Shown here one piece after another: positions 8,850 through 16,618 of a stretch of 39,976 bases of DNA (the first letter of the stretch is position 1; each line of letters starts with the position of its first letter). Origin of the DNA: a virus (lineage: Duplodnaviria; Caudoviricetes); the IMG/VR virus record IMGVR_UViG_3300025621_000020, positions 1-39,976 of that record; one strand, written 5' to 3'. The position numbers and the translations under genes are program-made. A model generated the notes under the pieces. It searched no databases, was not told the origin of the DNA, and worked only from the letters and a program-made list of their open reading frames with translations.

Positions 8850-9368
8850 CTATCGGCCACGGGCCATCACGGACACGCACTCCTGGACCTGCGCCCCGGT
8901 CTCGTCGCCCGCGCTGACACCGTCGAACATGCCGCGCGCGAACTCGAACTGGGGTGTCACTTCCCGCGAGTTGCCGGACAAGTTGAAGACGCCGACGCCG
9001 GGGGAGAGCCACACAGCCGCGGACACGGATCGAGTGCCGTCGGCGCGGAAGACGTTGGCAGAGACGTATTCGTAGTCGACGCCGTTGACGTCGGTGGTGA
9101 CCGCGGCGACGTCTTGAAGGGTGCGGCCTTCGGTGAGCGCGGCTTCAATGGCTGCAACGACGCTGGCGTCGGGTTGCTGGCAGCCTGCCGCGACTGGGTC
9201 ACCGGGGGTGGCCTGTGCCGGAGGGATCGTCGTCGGAGCTGTAGTGGTCGAGGTGATCGGCGCGGCCCGCACAGATTCTTCCGTTGTCGGTGCCGGTTCG
9301 CTGCCGTTGTCCGAGCTGCACCCCGCAAGCAATCCCACGGCCGCCACTCCCATAATCCATTTCTTCAT
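8850..9368 (-). CDS. Lipoprotein (possible superinfection-exclusion or lysogenic-conversion protein)
   Basis: MKK plus hydrophobic core and lipobox LAGC, Thr/Pro linker; located in the lysogeny operon. Function is inferred. Confidence 0.8.
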   Translation of the reverse strand: MKKWIMGVAAVGLLAGCSSDNGSEPAPTTEESVRAAPITSTTTAPTTIPPAQATPGDPVAAGCQQPDASVVAAIEAALTEGRTLQDVAAVTTDVNGVDYEYVSANVFRADGTRSVSAAVWLSPGVGVFNLSGNSREVTPQFEFARGMFDGVSAGDETGAQVQECVSVMARGR

Positions 9369-9468
9369 TGCGTTCCCTTTCTAATCCATTTCTTCATTGC
9401 GTTCCCTTTCTAATCCATTTCTTCATTGCGTTCCCTTTCTAATCCATTTCTTCATTGCGTTCCCTTTC
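9353..9468. repeat. Perfect tandem repeat, 4 x 29 bp (minus strand GAAAGGGAACGCAATGAAGAAATGGATTA)
   Basis: Identical units start at 9353, 9382, 9411 and 9440, with no spacers. Confidence 0.95.
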
Positions 9469-9691
9469 GTTGTGTGCGCCCTTGCCGACGCGAATCCCTG
9501 ATTCTGCGAAGCCGTTTCACCAGCCCCGGTTCCGCCGCGAGCGCGTCCCGGTCATCGAGTAAGCGGGTGAGGATCTGGTAGTAGCGGACGGCGGACATGT
9601 CGAACCTGTCGCGGATCGCCTGCTCTTTCTCCCCGGCGGCCCGCCACCATCGTTTCTCGAACGCGAGGATCGCGGCGTCGTGTTCGGTCAT
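9452..9691 (-). CDS. DUF3263 domain protein
   Basis: ILAFEKRWW..AGEKEQAIRDRFDMSAVRYYQIL..LLD...ALA.EP.LVKRLRR is the recognisable DUF3263 signature. Confidence 0.85.
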   Translation of the reverse strand: MTEHDAAILAFEKRWWRAAGEKEQAIRDRFDMSAVRYYQILTRLLDDRDALAAEPGLVKRLRRIRDSRRQGRTQRKGTQ

Positions 9692-10185
9692 CCGCGGCGC
9701 TCCAACTCGACGTCGATGTAACGGCGCTCATCTCGGGTGAGGGTGCGGATACGAACCAACAGGGTGTGCATGTCGGTCCACAGTTCCCACGCAGCCTCAG
9801 CGTCCGCGAGCCCACGCGTCCATACCAAGGCCTCCACCAAATCATCGAGCGGGATCAGCCGGCGGGCGGCGATCTCGTCGACGATCCGTTCCTCTTTCGC
9901 CTCGAGGTAGGGGTCGGTGGATACCCCGCCGCGTTCCTGGTGGATCAGCTCGTGGGTGAGGGTGGCGCGGCGTTGTGCTTGCGACAGGGTTCGGCAGAGT
10001 CGGATGACGCGTCCGTCTGTCTGTCCGGTGATGCCGTCGGGGAGTTGGCGGGTGCAGTCGATCTCGGTATCCGCGTGCTGTTCGCGGGCGGACCGCCACG
10101 GATGGAATCGAGTCATGTCTGGGACCGTATGGTCTGGTACCGACAAAAACGCGGCGTGACCTCGAACAACATGCATGTCATTCAT
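9688..10185 (-). CDS. ImmA/IrrE-family metallopeptidase (anti-repressor protease)
   Basis: QRRATLTHELIH (HExxH)...EE..VDEIAARRLIP; adjacent to the repressor; alternative start at 10116 (MTRFHPW). Confidence 0.85.
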   Translation of the reverse strand: MNDMHVVRGHAAFLSVPDHTVPDMTRFHPWRSAREQHADTEIDCTRQLPDGITGQTDGRVIRLCRTLSQAQRRATLTHELIHQERGGVSTDPYLEAKEERIVDEIAARRLIPLDDLVEALVWTRGLADAEAAWELWTDMHTLLVRIRTLTRDERRYIDVELERRG

Positions 10186-10610
10186 TGGCCTGGGGTACTG
10201 TCACCAGCCTCTTTTGTCCGTTTCGATGCCGCGACCTTGTCTGGTACGGCGGCAAGCCTGCGGCCTTTACTCGCGGGAGTCTGTGCCTCGGCCTTGACGA
10301 AGGACCGGATGAGTTCGTCGACGGCTTTCCGTTGGCGGTCGTTCATCATGTTCGCCTCAAGGGGCGGACTCCACGGTGATGTCTCTCCGGCCGGCACTTC
10401 GGCGAGTTCGCGTAGTCGTGTGACGGGCAGGTTGAGGACGTCTGCGAGGGCGACCAACACTTTGTCGTTGGTGCCGCGGTGGCTGCCGTTGAAGTAGGGG
10501 ATGACGGTCGATTCGCCGACGTCGTGTCCGCGTTTGCCGCACTCCCGTCCGATCCATCGGATGGTGTGCTCGCCCTTGTGGGCTTGCAGGTATTCGGATA
10601 GGTGGCTCAC
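10182..10610 (-). CDS. Immunity repressor (XRE-like HTH)
   Basis: N-terminal HTH-like segment (TIRWIGRE...VGESTVIPYFNG...LVALADVLNL); divergent from cro; head of the int operon. Confidence 0.8.
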   Translation of the reverse strand: MSHLSEYLQAHKGEHTIRWIGRECGKRGHDVGESTVIPYFNGSHRGTNDKVLVALADVLNLPVTRLRELAEVPAGETSPWSPPLEANMMNDRQRKAVDELIRSFVKAEAQTPASKGRRLAAVPDKVAASKRTKEAGDSTPGQ

Positions 10611-10655
10611 GGATCAGAGACTCCACGACGTCGGCGTTGTTCGAATACTCCCAGG

Positions 10656-10753
10656 GTAGCCGGTGTGGCTACAAAGAACAGAGCTGTAATTATCGCTTAC
10701 GCAGGCATTGGTCGGAAATTGGGGTTGCGTACGTAGCCAACGTTGGCTACTGT
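10656..10753. promoter_or_regulatory. Genetic switch: two GTAGCC-N5/6-GGCTAC operators and rightward promoter TTGCGT-N17-TACTGT
   Basis: Operators at 10656-10672 and 10733-10750 (perfect palindrome); -35 at 10725-10730 and -10 at 10748-10753. Confidence 0.75.
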
Positions 10754-10795
10754 GAGTGACAGCTCGGCAATCACCAATCATTGAGAGGAGGGGAA

Positions 10796-11062
10796 TTGAC
10801 TACTCGGATGCGGCTCGCCACAAAACTTAAGAGTGCGGATCTCTTGGACGATTACATGGTCGATCGCGAGGAAACGAACCGTTCGCTGGCTCCGAAGGTC
10901 GGAGTTTCACCGGCAACGATCTCGCACTTGCGTCGCGGGGCTCGAACTTATTGTCGGCTCGATGTCGCGAAGGCAATCGAGAAGAAGCTCAACGCACCAC
11001 CTGGCTCTCTTTTTTTGCGCGAAGTGATTGGCGGCTCGCAAGCTGTCGGACGGTCGGCGTAG
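10796..11062 (+). CDS. cro: Cro-like HTH protein
   Basis: TNRSLAPKVGVSPATISHLRRG HTH and AKAIEKKLNAPPGSLF; TTG 10796 follows GAGGAGG (ATG 10808 is an alternative). Confidence 0.8.
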   Translation: MTTRMRLATKLKSADLLDDYMVDREETNRSLAPKVGVSPATISHLRRGARTYCRLDVAKAIEKKLNAPPGSLFLREVIGGSQAVGRSA

Positions 11063-11133
11063 AAACACAAAAAGGCCCGCCGAGTTGCAGCTCGACGGGC
11101 CAGACCCAAACACCACTCTGGAAAGGCGTTCAG

Positions 11134-11430
11134 ATGCAGACACATCCTATCTCAGTCACCCTCGACGAGGCTGTTACGCGGCTCGAAGACATCGTCGACT
11201 TCCACGCTCCCAGCCCGGACGGCTGCGGCTCCTGGACGTTGGAACGCTTGTTCCGATCGTTGCCCGAGGGCGGCTACGGAACGAACTACAAAGCGGTCGT
11301 GCATGTTCCGCACACCTGGACCGGTCTCCCGGCGGGCATCTTCTGGCTCGAAGCAACCTCGAACGACCCGGTCGATGCCCTCGACAAGCTGGCTGACCTG
11401 ATCATCGCGAAGGCACCGGTGGCGGCATGA
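11134..11430 (+). CDS. Hypothetical protein
   Basis: ATG 11134 after GGAAAGG; preceded by a hairpin (about 11074-11101); ATGA-coupled to the next gene. Confidence 0.65.
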   Translation: MQTHPISVTLDEAVTRLEDIVDFHAPSPDGCGSWTLERLFRSLPEGGYGTNYKAVVHVPHTWTGLPAGIFWLEATSNDPVDALDKLADLIIAKAPVAA

Positions 11431-11660
11431 GTGACTACAAGGCCGGCGACTCGCTGACCCTCCTCGATCAGCTCCTCGAACTGCCCGTCGGCTCGATCAT
11501 CCGAACCGGTGCCGCCCGATGCGCGCAGAAGGCATGGATGCGCGACCTCGAAACCGAGGAGGACGACGAGTGGTTCGAGACCGGCGACTCCACGCCACTG
11601 ACCTCGGCCGAACTCGACGACTTCCCGCACACCCTCGTCTACGTCGGGAGTCGACCATGA
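11427..11660 (+). CDS. Hypothetical protein (77 aa)
   Basis: Coupled on both sides; LLELPVGSII motif frequent in actinophage small early proteins. Confidence 0.65.
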   Translation: MSDYKAGDSLTLLDQLLELPVGSIIRTGAARCAQKAWMRDLETEEDDEWFETGDSTPLTSAELDDFPHTLVYVGSRP

Positions 11661-11938
11661 ACGAGACGCCGTTGTTCATCGAGGGTCAGCCGGTTCGGGA
11701 ATTCGAGCGCATCGGATTCATCGACGGTCAGGTGCATTGGGCGTTCGAGCTCGAAGACGGCACCTTCCTGACGCTCACGTCCCGCCAGTTCGGCGAATGG
11801 GTGAAGGCATCCGCACTACCCGACATGGAACCCGAACCGGACCTGAACGTCATCCAGTCCGCAGGCATCACCGGACTCATCGTCGGAGCAGTCGCAGCGA
11901 TTTGGACTGTCTGGGCCGTGAAGGTGGGGCTGCTGTGA
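11657..11938 (+). CDS. Hypothetical protein with C-terminal TM helix
   Basis: ATGA overlap; C-terminal ITGLIVGAVAAIWTVWAV. Confidence 0.6.
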   Translation: MNETPLFIEGQPVREFERIGFIDGQVHWAFELEDGTFLTLTSRQFGEWVKASALPDMEPEPDLNVIQSAGITGLIVGAVAAIWTVWAVKVGLL

Positions 11939-12105
11939 GTATCAACTACCTCGACCCCCAAGAGCGCGTCCTCTGGGACGAGACGTTCGACCCGACACTC
12001 TGCGACAACTGCGGCGAAGACCTCATCAACGACAACGGACACCCACCCACCTGCGGATGTCCTCAAACATGCAATCCCGACTACTACCACGACCAAGGCA
12101 GGTAA
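11935..12105 (+). CDS. Small Cys-rich hypothetical protein
   Basis: GTGA overlap; CDNC...CGC...C. Confidence 0.55.
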   Translation: MSINYLDPQERVLWDETFDPTLCDNCGEDLINDNGHPPTCGCPQTCNPDYYHDQGR

Positions 12106-12109
12106 CACG

Positions 12110-12928
12110 ATGAGCACACTCCTCGAACTCCCAGACTTGTTGCAGGGCACCGACGAATGGCTGGAACAGCGCCGCGGAATCGTCACCGCCTCAGTCGTCA
12201 AGGATCTCGTCACCACCCGACGGCTGTCCGCGATCGACTTCGACTGCCCAGCCTGCGACGCCGCCTCGAACGCACCGTGCCGCAGCAAGAGAGCCGCTAG
12301 CCCGATCAAGACGCTCCACTCCGAGCGCGCCCGTGTCGCTCGAAACACCGACTCCAACGTCATGTTCGAGACGGCCAGCAACGACACATCCCGCGCACTC
12401 ACAGCCACCCTCGTAGCCGAACGCATCACCGGCTGGACCGTCGACATGTTCGTCAGTGACGACATGATGCGCGGTGTCGAAGACGAACCGAGAGCCCGCG
12501 ACAAGTACAGCGAGCACTTCGCCACCGTCACCGAAACCGGATTCATGGTCCGCGACTTCGGTGGGGGAGTGAAGATCGGCTACAGCCCCGACGGGCTCGT
12601 GGGCGATCACGGTCTGATCGAGGCGAAGTCACGCCTCCCGAAGAAGCACCTCGAAACGATCCTCGCAGGTGAACCACCGCGCGAGAACATGGCCCAACTC
12701 CAATGCGGCCTCCTCGTGTCCGGGCGGGCATGGATCGACTACGTGTCCTACTGCGGCGGAATGCCGATGTGGGTCAAACGCGTCTACCCCGACCGCCGCT
12801 GGTTCGATGCAATCGTCACCGCCGTCGCCGCATTCGAAGCCGAAGCCACCGAAATGATCCGCGCCTACAACACCGCGATCGACGGCTTCCCCACCACCAA
12901 CCGAGAACTCACCGAAATCAGGTTCTGA
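12110..12928 (+). CDS. YqaJ/lambda-exonuclease family (RecE-like) recombination exonuclease with Zn-finger insertion
   Basis: QGTDEWLEQRRGIVTAS, M.RG..DEP.AR..Y, GYSPDGLVG..GLIEAK, AQLQCGLLVSGR.WIDYVSY. Confidence 0.9.
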   Translation: MSTLLELPDLLQGTDEWLEQRRGIVTASVVKDLVTTRRLSAIDFDCPACDAASNAPCRSKRAASPIKTLHSERARVARNTDSNVMFETASNDTSRALTATLVAERITGWTVDMFVSDDMMRGVEDEPRARDKYSEHFATVTETGFMVRDFGGGVKIGYSPDGLVGDHGLIEAKSRLPKKHLETILAGEPPRENMAQLQCGLLVSGRAWIDYVSYCGGMPMWVKRVYPDRRWFDAIVTAVAAFEAEATEMIRAYNTAIDGFPTTNRELTEIRF

Positions 12929-12930
12929 CG

Positions 12931-13560
12931 ATGAACATCACCGATGCAGCAGCACCCAAAAGCGACCAGATCAACGCCGACGACCTCATGTCCGGTCCCC
13001 GCGTCGTCACCATCACCGACGTACGGCAGGGGAGTAGCGAACAGCCCGTGCAGATCGTCACCCAAGAGTTCGGCACCGGACGCCCCTACCGCCCCGGTAA
13101 GTCCATGATTCGCGTCCTCATCAACGCATGGGGTGCCGAAGCCAGCGCCTACGTTGGACGCCGAATGACGATCTACCGCGACCCGAAGATCGCATTCGGT
13201 GGGCAGGAAGTCGGCGGCATCCGCATCTCCCACATGTCGCACATCGACAAGCGCATGACCCTCGCACTCACCGTCACTCGGGGCAGGCGCGCACCATACG
13301 TCGTCGAACCCCTCCCCGAGGGACCGCCGACCATCACCAACGAGCAGGCCACCGAACTCGCAGCGGCGATCGAGAAGTCGGCGAACCGTGACGAGTTGGA
13401 CGCGGTCGCATCGCAGTTGAAGACGTTCAATCTGGCGAACCATCGGAAGCCGTTGGGGGACTTGTGGAAAGCACGTCTCACCGAGGTCACCACCGAAGTG
13501 CAGCACGACAACGTCGAATCCGGCGCACAGTCCACCGACCCACAGCAGGTGCTCGCGTGA
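12931..13560 (+). CDS. Conserved phage protein next to the exonuclease; putative ssDNA annealing/binding partner
   Basis: APKSDQINADDL..GP...TIT and VGGIRISHMS motifs recur downstream of YqaJ genes; function inferred from synteny only. Confidence 0.55.
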   Translation: MNITDAAAPKSDQINADDLMSGPRVVTITDVRQGSSEQPVQIVTQEFGTGRPYRPGKSMIRVLINAWGAEASAYVGRRMTIYRDPKIAFGGQEVGGIRISHMSHIDKRMTLALTVTRGRRAPYVVEPLPEGPPTITNEQATELAAAIEKSANRDELDAVASQLKTFNLANHRKPLGDLWKARLTEVTTEVQHDNVESGAQSTDPQQVLA

Positions 13561-13757
13561 CAGCGAACCCGCGGCTGATGGACATCAGGGAACTGTCCGA
13601 GACCCTGTCCGTCGCCGTGCAAACCATCCGCTGCAACCGCCACACCCACCCCCTGTACAAGAAGGCAATCAAGCTCGGCGGCCCCACCTCCCCGCTGAAG
13701 TGGCGACGCGTCGATGTCGACGCCTACATCGACAGCCTCACCCAGGAGTCAGCATGA
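13557..13757 (+). CDS. AlpA/excisionase-like HTH protein
   Basis: LMDIRELSETLSVAVQTIR...AIKLG...LKWRRVDVDAYI. Confidence 0.75.
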   Translation: MTANPRLMDIRELSETLSVAVQTIRCNRHTHPLYKKAIKLGGPTSPLKWRRVDVDAYIDSLTQESA

Positions 13758-14104
13758 CCGACGTACGCACGAATGTTCCGCAGTTCCACCGCCGAGGCAC
13801 GATTGCCTACACAGCGGACGACGTCGAGTGGCAGGCGTACGCGGCGTGCAATGGCGAAGACCCCGAACGATGGTTCCCCGCCGAATCAGGGCGGGCAGGG
13901 CAGATCGAAGTGTTGCAGGCGGTCGAAGTGTGCCTCACCTGCCCCCTGATCGCTCGACAGGGCTGCGCACGCCTGGCCCTCGATCAACGCTCCCAGTACG
14001 GCGTGTGGGCTGGCGTGCACCTGGGAACCAACCCGAAAGCCCGCGCACAAGCCCGCTGGAAACTCCGCGCCATTGCAGGGCAGCAAGAACAAGAGGCGAA
14101 CTGA
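13754..14104 (+). CDS. whiB: WhiB-family transcription factor
   Basis: W...AAC..EDPERWFP, C..C, C and YGVWAG motifs. Confidence 0.92.
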   Translation: MTDVRTNVPQFHRRGTIAYTADDVEWQAYAACNGEDPERWFPAESGRAGQIEVLQAVEVCLTCPLIARQGCARLALDQRSQYGVWAGVHLGTNPKARAQARWKLRAIAGQQEQEAN

Positions 14105-14107
14105 TTC

Positions 14108-14539
14108 ATGGAGTGGGCAGACAACCCGCCGACGCCGTGCGGGAGGTTCGAGTGGGAACGCATCATCAAACGCGCACCCATGCCCAAAGGCTGCAAATTC
14201 CTGGGCCTCACGATGGCGACGTTCGCTGGCACCGATGGGGAAAACATTCGCCCCTCGGTTCGGCGGCTCGCATTGGAGATGGAGGTGTCGGAACGGACCG
14301 TGATTCGTGCTCTCGGATGGCTGCGGGAGGAGGAATGGATCGCGAAAACGAGGCAGGGGAATCGGTGGCTCGGGAAGACGAACGAGTACCGATTGGTGTT
14401 GCCTCCGGGGGTGTTGGAGCGTCTTCATTTGGACCCGGATGGGGAGCCGATTTCGGATGGGAAAGTGGTGCCGATCCGCCCGAGTCTAAGTGACACCCAT
14501 GTCACGCAGACTGGGCCGGAATCACGAAAGTCTAAGTGA
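14108..14539 (+). CDS. Winged-helix replication initiator-like protein
   Basis: RPSVRRLALEMEVSERTVIRALGWLREEEWI...TNEYRL wHTH; immediately followed by iterons. Confidence 0.75.
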   Translation: MEWADNPPTPCGRFEWERIIKRAPMPKGCKFLGLTMATFAGTDGENIRPSVRRLALEMEVSERTVIRALGWLREEEWIAKTRQGNRWLGKTNEYRLVLPPGVLERLHLDPDGEPISDGKVVPIRPSLSDTHVTQTGPESRKSK

Positions 14540-14616
14540 CATCCCAGCAATGTCTAAGTGACAAAACCGAAAGTCTAAGTGACATCCCAGACGAGTCTAA
14601 GTGACACCCATGTCAC
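14484..14616. repeat. Iteron array, putative replication origin (5 x GTCTAAGTGACA)
   Basis: Copies at 14484, 14530, 14552, 14573 and 14595 (last four spaced 21-22 bp); outer copies extend into the inverted repeat GTGACA-CCCA-TGTCAC. Confidence 0.8.
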
Positions 14617-14744
14617 CCCATCACTCAAGATCACTACATAAACACCAGCCAAAGACCAACCACCCGCTCTCGAAGTCGACTAACTACCAGGCGCGCGAAG
14701 CCAGCCAAGCGAAGAGAAATTTCACTCGATCGGAGACACCCAAA

Positions 14745-14915
14745 ATGACCGCCGCACACGTCACCGCAATGACCGTCGACTGCCCCAACTGCCAACAACC
14801 CGCCGGCCACATTTGCACCGCCGAATCCGGATACCGGAAGTCCATCCCGTGCATCGCCCGCACCAAACGAGCCGGAACCTTCGAAACAAGCCCTCAAACG
14901 CCCACAGCGCGTTAG
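14745..14915 (+). CDS. Small Zn-finger protein
   Basis: VDCPNCQQPAGHIC...PCIAR; ATG after GGAGA. Confidence 0.6.
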   Translation: MTAAHVTAMTVDCPNCQQPAGHICTAESGYRKSIPCIARTKRAGTFETSPQTPTAR

Positions 14916-15082
14916 CCCATACAGACACACCAGACCCGCACCGAAAACCCGCCACCGTTCAACACAGGCCCAGGAAACACGACCACGAAAGGTGCCTGAT
15001 GACTCGACAATCACCAGCCAAAACCGGTACAGTTACCCACAAGCACCCGTTGCAGCGGGCCAAACCTCTGGAAGGACCACAC

Positions 15083-15412
15083 GTGACCCAGCCGGCCACC
15101 ACCCAAGAACTCATCGCAGACGTACTCCTACCGTATTTCGGCGACGACGAAACCGCCTACACCGCAGCCGCAGCCATCACCCAAGACCCCGCACTCACCG
15201 TGCGACCACGACGCATCCTGTCGGGAGAATGGCGCTACGTCATGGCAGCACTCGACGCACTCCCACGCCTCACCGTCATCAAATGGCAGTCTCACGAAGG
15301 CCCCACAGTCGCAATCAATCGGCACGGTCGATGGATTGAAGCCGGCTACTCAGTCGCGCGCACCTCCGAGTCCATCGCCCGCGACAACACACCCATCAAA
15401 GTCATCGCATGA
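15083..15412 (+). CDS. Hypothetical protein
   Basis: GTG after GAAGGA; LDALPRLTVI...W motif; ATGA-coupled downstream. Confidence 0.6.
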   Translation: MTQPATTQELIADVLLPYFGDDETAYTAAAAITQDPALTVRPRRILSGEWRYVMAALDALPRLTVIKWQSHEGPTVAINRHGRWIEAGYSVARTSESIARDNTPIKVIA

Positions 15413-15567
15413 ACGCCGACGCAACCAAACTCATTGCCACCCTGCGCATGAACGCCGACCTCGCCGGGAACGCCAGCGGCATCAACGACTACAGCATGTA
15501 CACCAGCCGCGCCCTCCGCGCCGCCGAAAAACTCGCACAACTCCTCGAAAACGAGGGCATCGCATGA
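15409..15567 (+). CDS. Hypothetical protein (52 aa)
   Basis: ATGA overlaps at both ends; GC3-rich codons. Confidence 0.6.
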   Translation: MNADATKLIATLRMNADLAGNASGINDYSMYTSRALRAAEKLAQLLENEGIA

Positions 15568-15953
15568 GCAACCCGGAAACCACAGAAACCGCCTCTGACC
15601 TGGTTGTATCCGCGTCTGCGCACGTGGTGGGTGTGTTGGCGGAAGCACTCGCACAGCATCCCGAAGGTGGCGCGCGCATCGTGAGTACCGGCCCCGATAC
15701 GGAGGTGCTGGAGTTCGATTGCGGTTGCGGGTGGAAGTCACGGCGACCGTGGGCCAACGGTTCTCCGTACCCGGAGCATGTGGCGTCTGTGGTTGCTGCC
15801 CTCCCCAACATCGCCATCGTGGAGTTGCCCGAGATGGAGCCTGACGAGACCTTGTCCGAGTTCCATGGTCGCCTTGAGATGGTCTGGGCCGGTGTCAGAT
15901 TCCGCAGGTACTCAGCCGCTATCGACGCTCGCGCTGCGGGAGGCCAAGCATGA
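15564..15953 (+). CDS. Hypothetical protein (H...CGCGW...H Zn-binding-like motif)
   Basis: ATGA-coupled at both ends. Confidence 0.6.
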   Translation: MSNPETTETASDLVVSASAHVVGVLAEALAQHPEGGARIVSTGPDTEVLEFDCGCGWKSRRPWANGSPYPEHVASVVAALPNIAIVELPEMEPDETLSEFHGRLEMVWAGVRFRRYSAAIDARAAGGQA

Positions 15954-16192
15954 ACACCGACAATCTGAATCCCGAGCATCTTGCAGCAATCGAAACGGCT
16001 TGCGAGAACGCCCTTGCCGACCAGCGCTCACCGGGCATCGGTGTGCACACGATCTTGTCCCTCGTGGCTGTGCTGCGGGAACGGGAAAACACCATCGCAC
16101 GAGTCCGGGCAGTCATCGATGCCGACGGTTTCGAGTACACCAACTTCGTCCCACGCCTCCGCGCTGCCCTCGACCCACAGGAGACACCATGA
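15950..16192 (+). CDS. Hypothetical protein (80 aa)
   Basis: GGAGG RBS; TIARVRAV motif common in actinophage accessory genes. Confidence 0.6.
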   Translation: MNTDNLNPEHLAAIETACENALADQRSPGIGVHTILSLVAVLRERENTIARVRAVIDADGFEYTNFVPRLRAALDPQETP

Positions 16193-16425
16193 GCACCAAC
16201 TACGCAGTCGCGCCGGGCGAGTACCTCGAAGAGTGGATGGACGAGAACGGCTGCACTCGCAAGCAGGCCGCCGAGCAGATGTCCGTCTACGTCCATGAGG
16301 TCGACCGCATCCTCTCGGGCGTTCAGGCAATCACCAACCTCGTCAGGAGACACCATGAGCGAACGGAAGACGCGGATCAAACTCTCCGATGGCACAACAT
16401 GGCCGCGCCCGGAGTTGGAGAATGA
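16189..16425 (+). pseudogene. Truncated HigA/VapI-like antitoxin (XRE HTH N-terminal half)
   Basis: YAVAPGEYLEEW.......KQAA..M......V.RIL.G...IT matches the HigA N-terminus; similarity stops at about 16343, where the next gene's RBS begins. Confidence 0.6.
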
Positions 16426-16618
16426 CGAGATCGCTGGCGTCGGTTGGAAACTCCGCTACAACCCGCAGAGTATGACTCGGGCAGACCACCTGTATGCGGC
16501 GTCGATCATCAGCGCTTACGGCTACATGATGGTCGAGACGAATCGGGAGCGACGAGACCAGGTGTGTCGCGACATTCGGGCTGAACTGCGCGCAGAGGTT
16601 TCGGGGGTGGTGTTGTGA
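16355..16618 (+). CDS. Hypothetical protein (87 aa)
   Basis: CAGGAGACACC-ATG start; GTGA overlap downstream. Confidence 0.65.
   Translation: MSERKTRIKLSDGTTWPRPELENDEIAGVGWKLRYNPQSMTRADHLYAASIISAYGYMMVETNRERRDQVCRDIRAELRAEVSGVVL

Noticed and set aside
8848-9012. 55-aa N-terminal extension of the integrase in the ORF track
   Set aside because: It overlaps the lipoprotein gene in another frame and is Arg-rich noise; MPRPPLP at 8847 is the natural start.
9353-9468. CRISPR array (29-bp repeats)
   Set aside because: Units are directly adjacent with no spacers and no cas genes are present.
7479-10610. Integration-dependent immunity (attP inside the repressor gene)
   Set aside because: attP lies downstream of int, about 2.6 kb from the repressor, which is uninterrupted.
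14484-14616. Mini-CRISPR or other spacer array
   Set aside because: Repeats are only 12 bp with mostly 9-10 bp gaps; helical phasing and the adjacent wHTH gene fit iterons.
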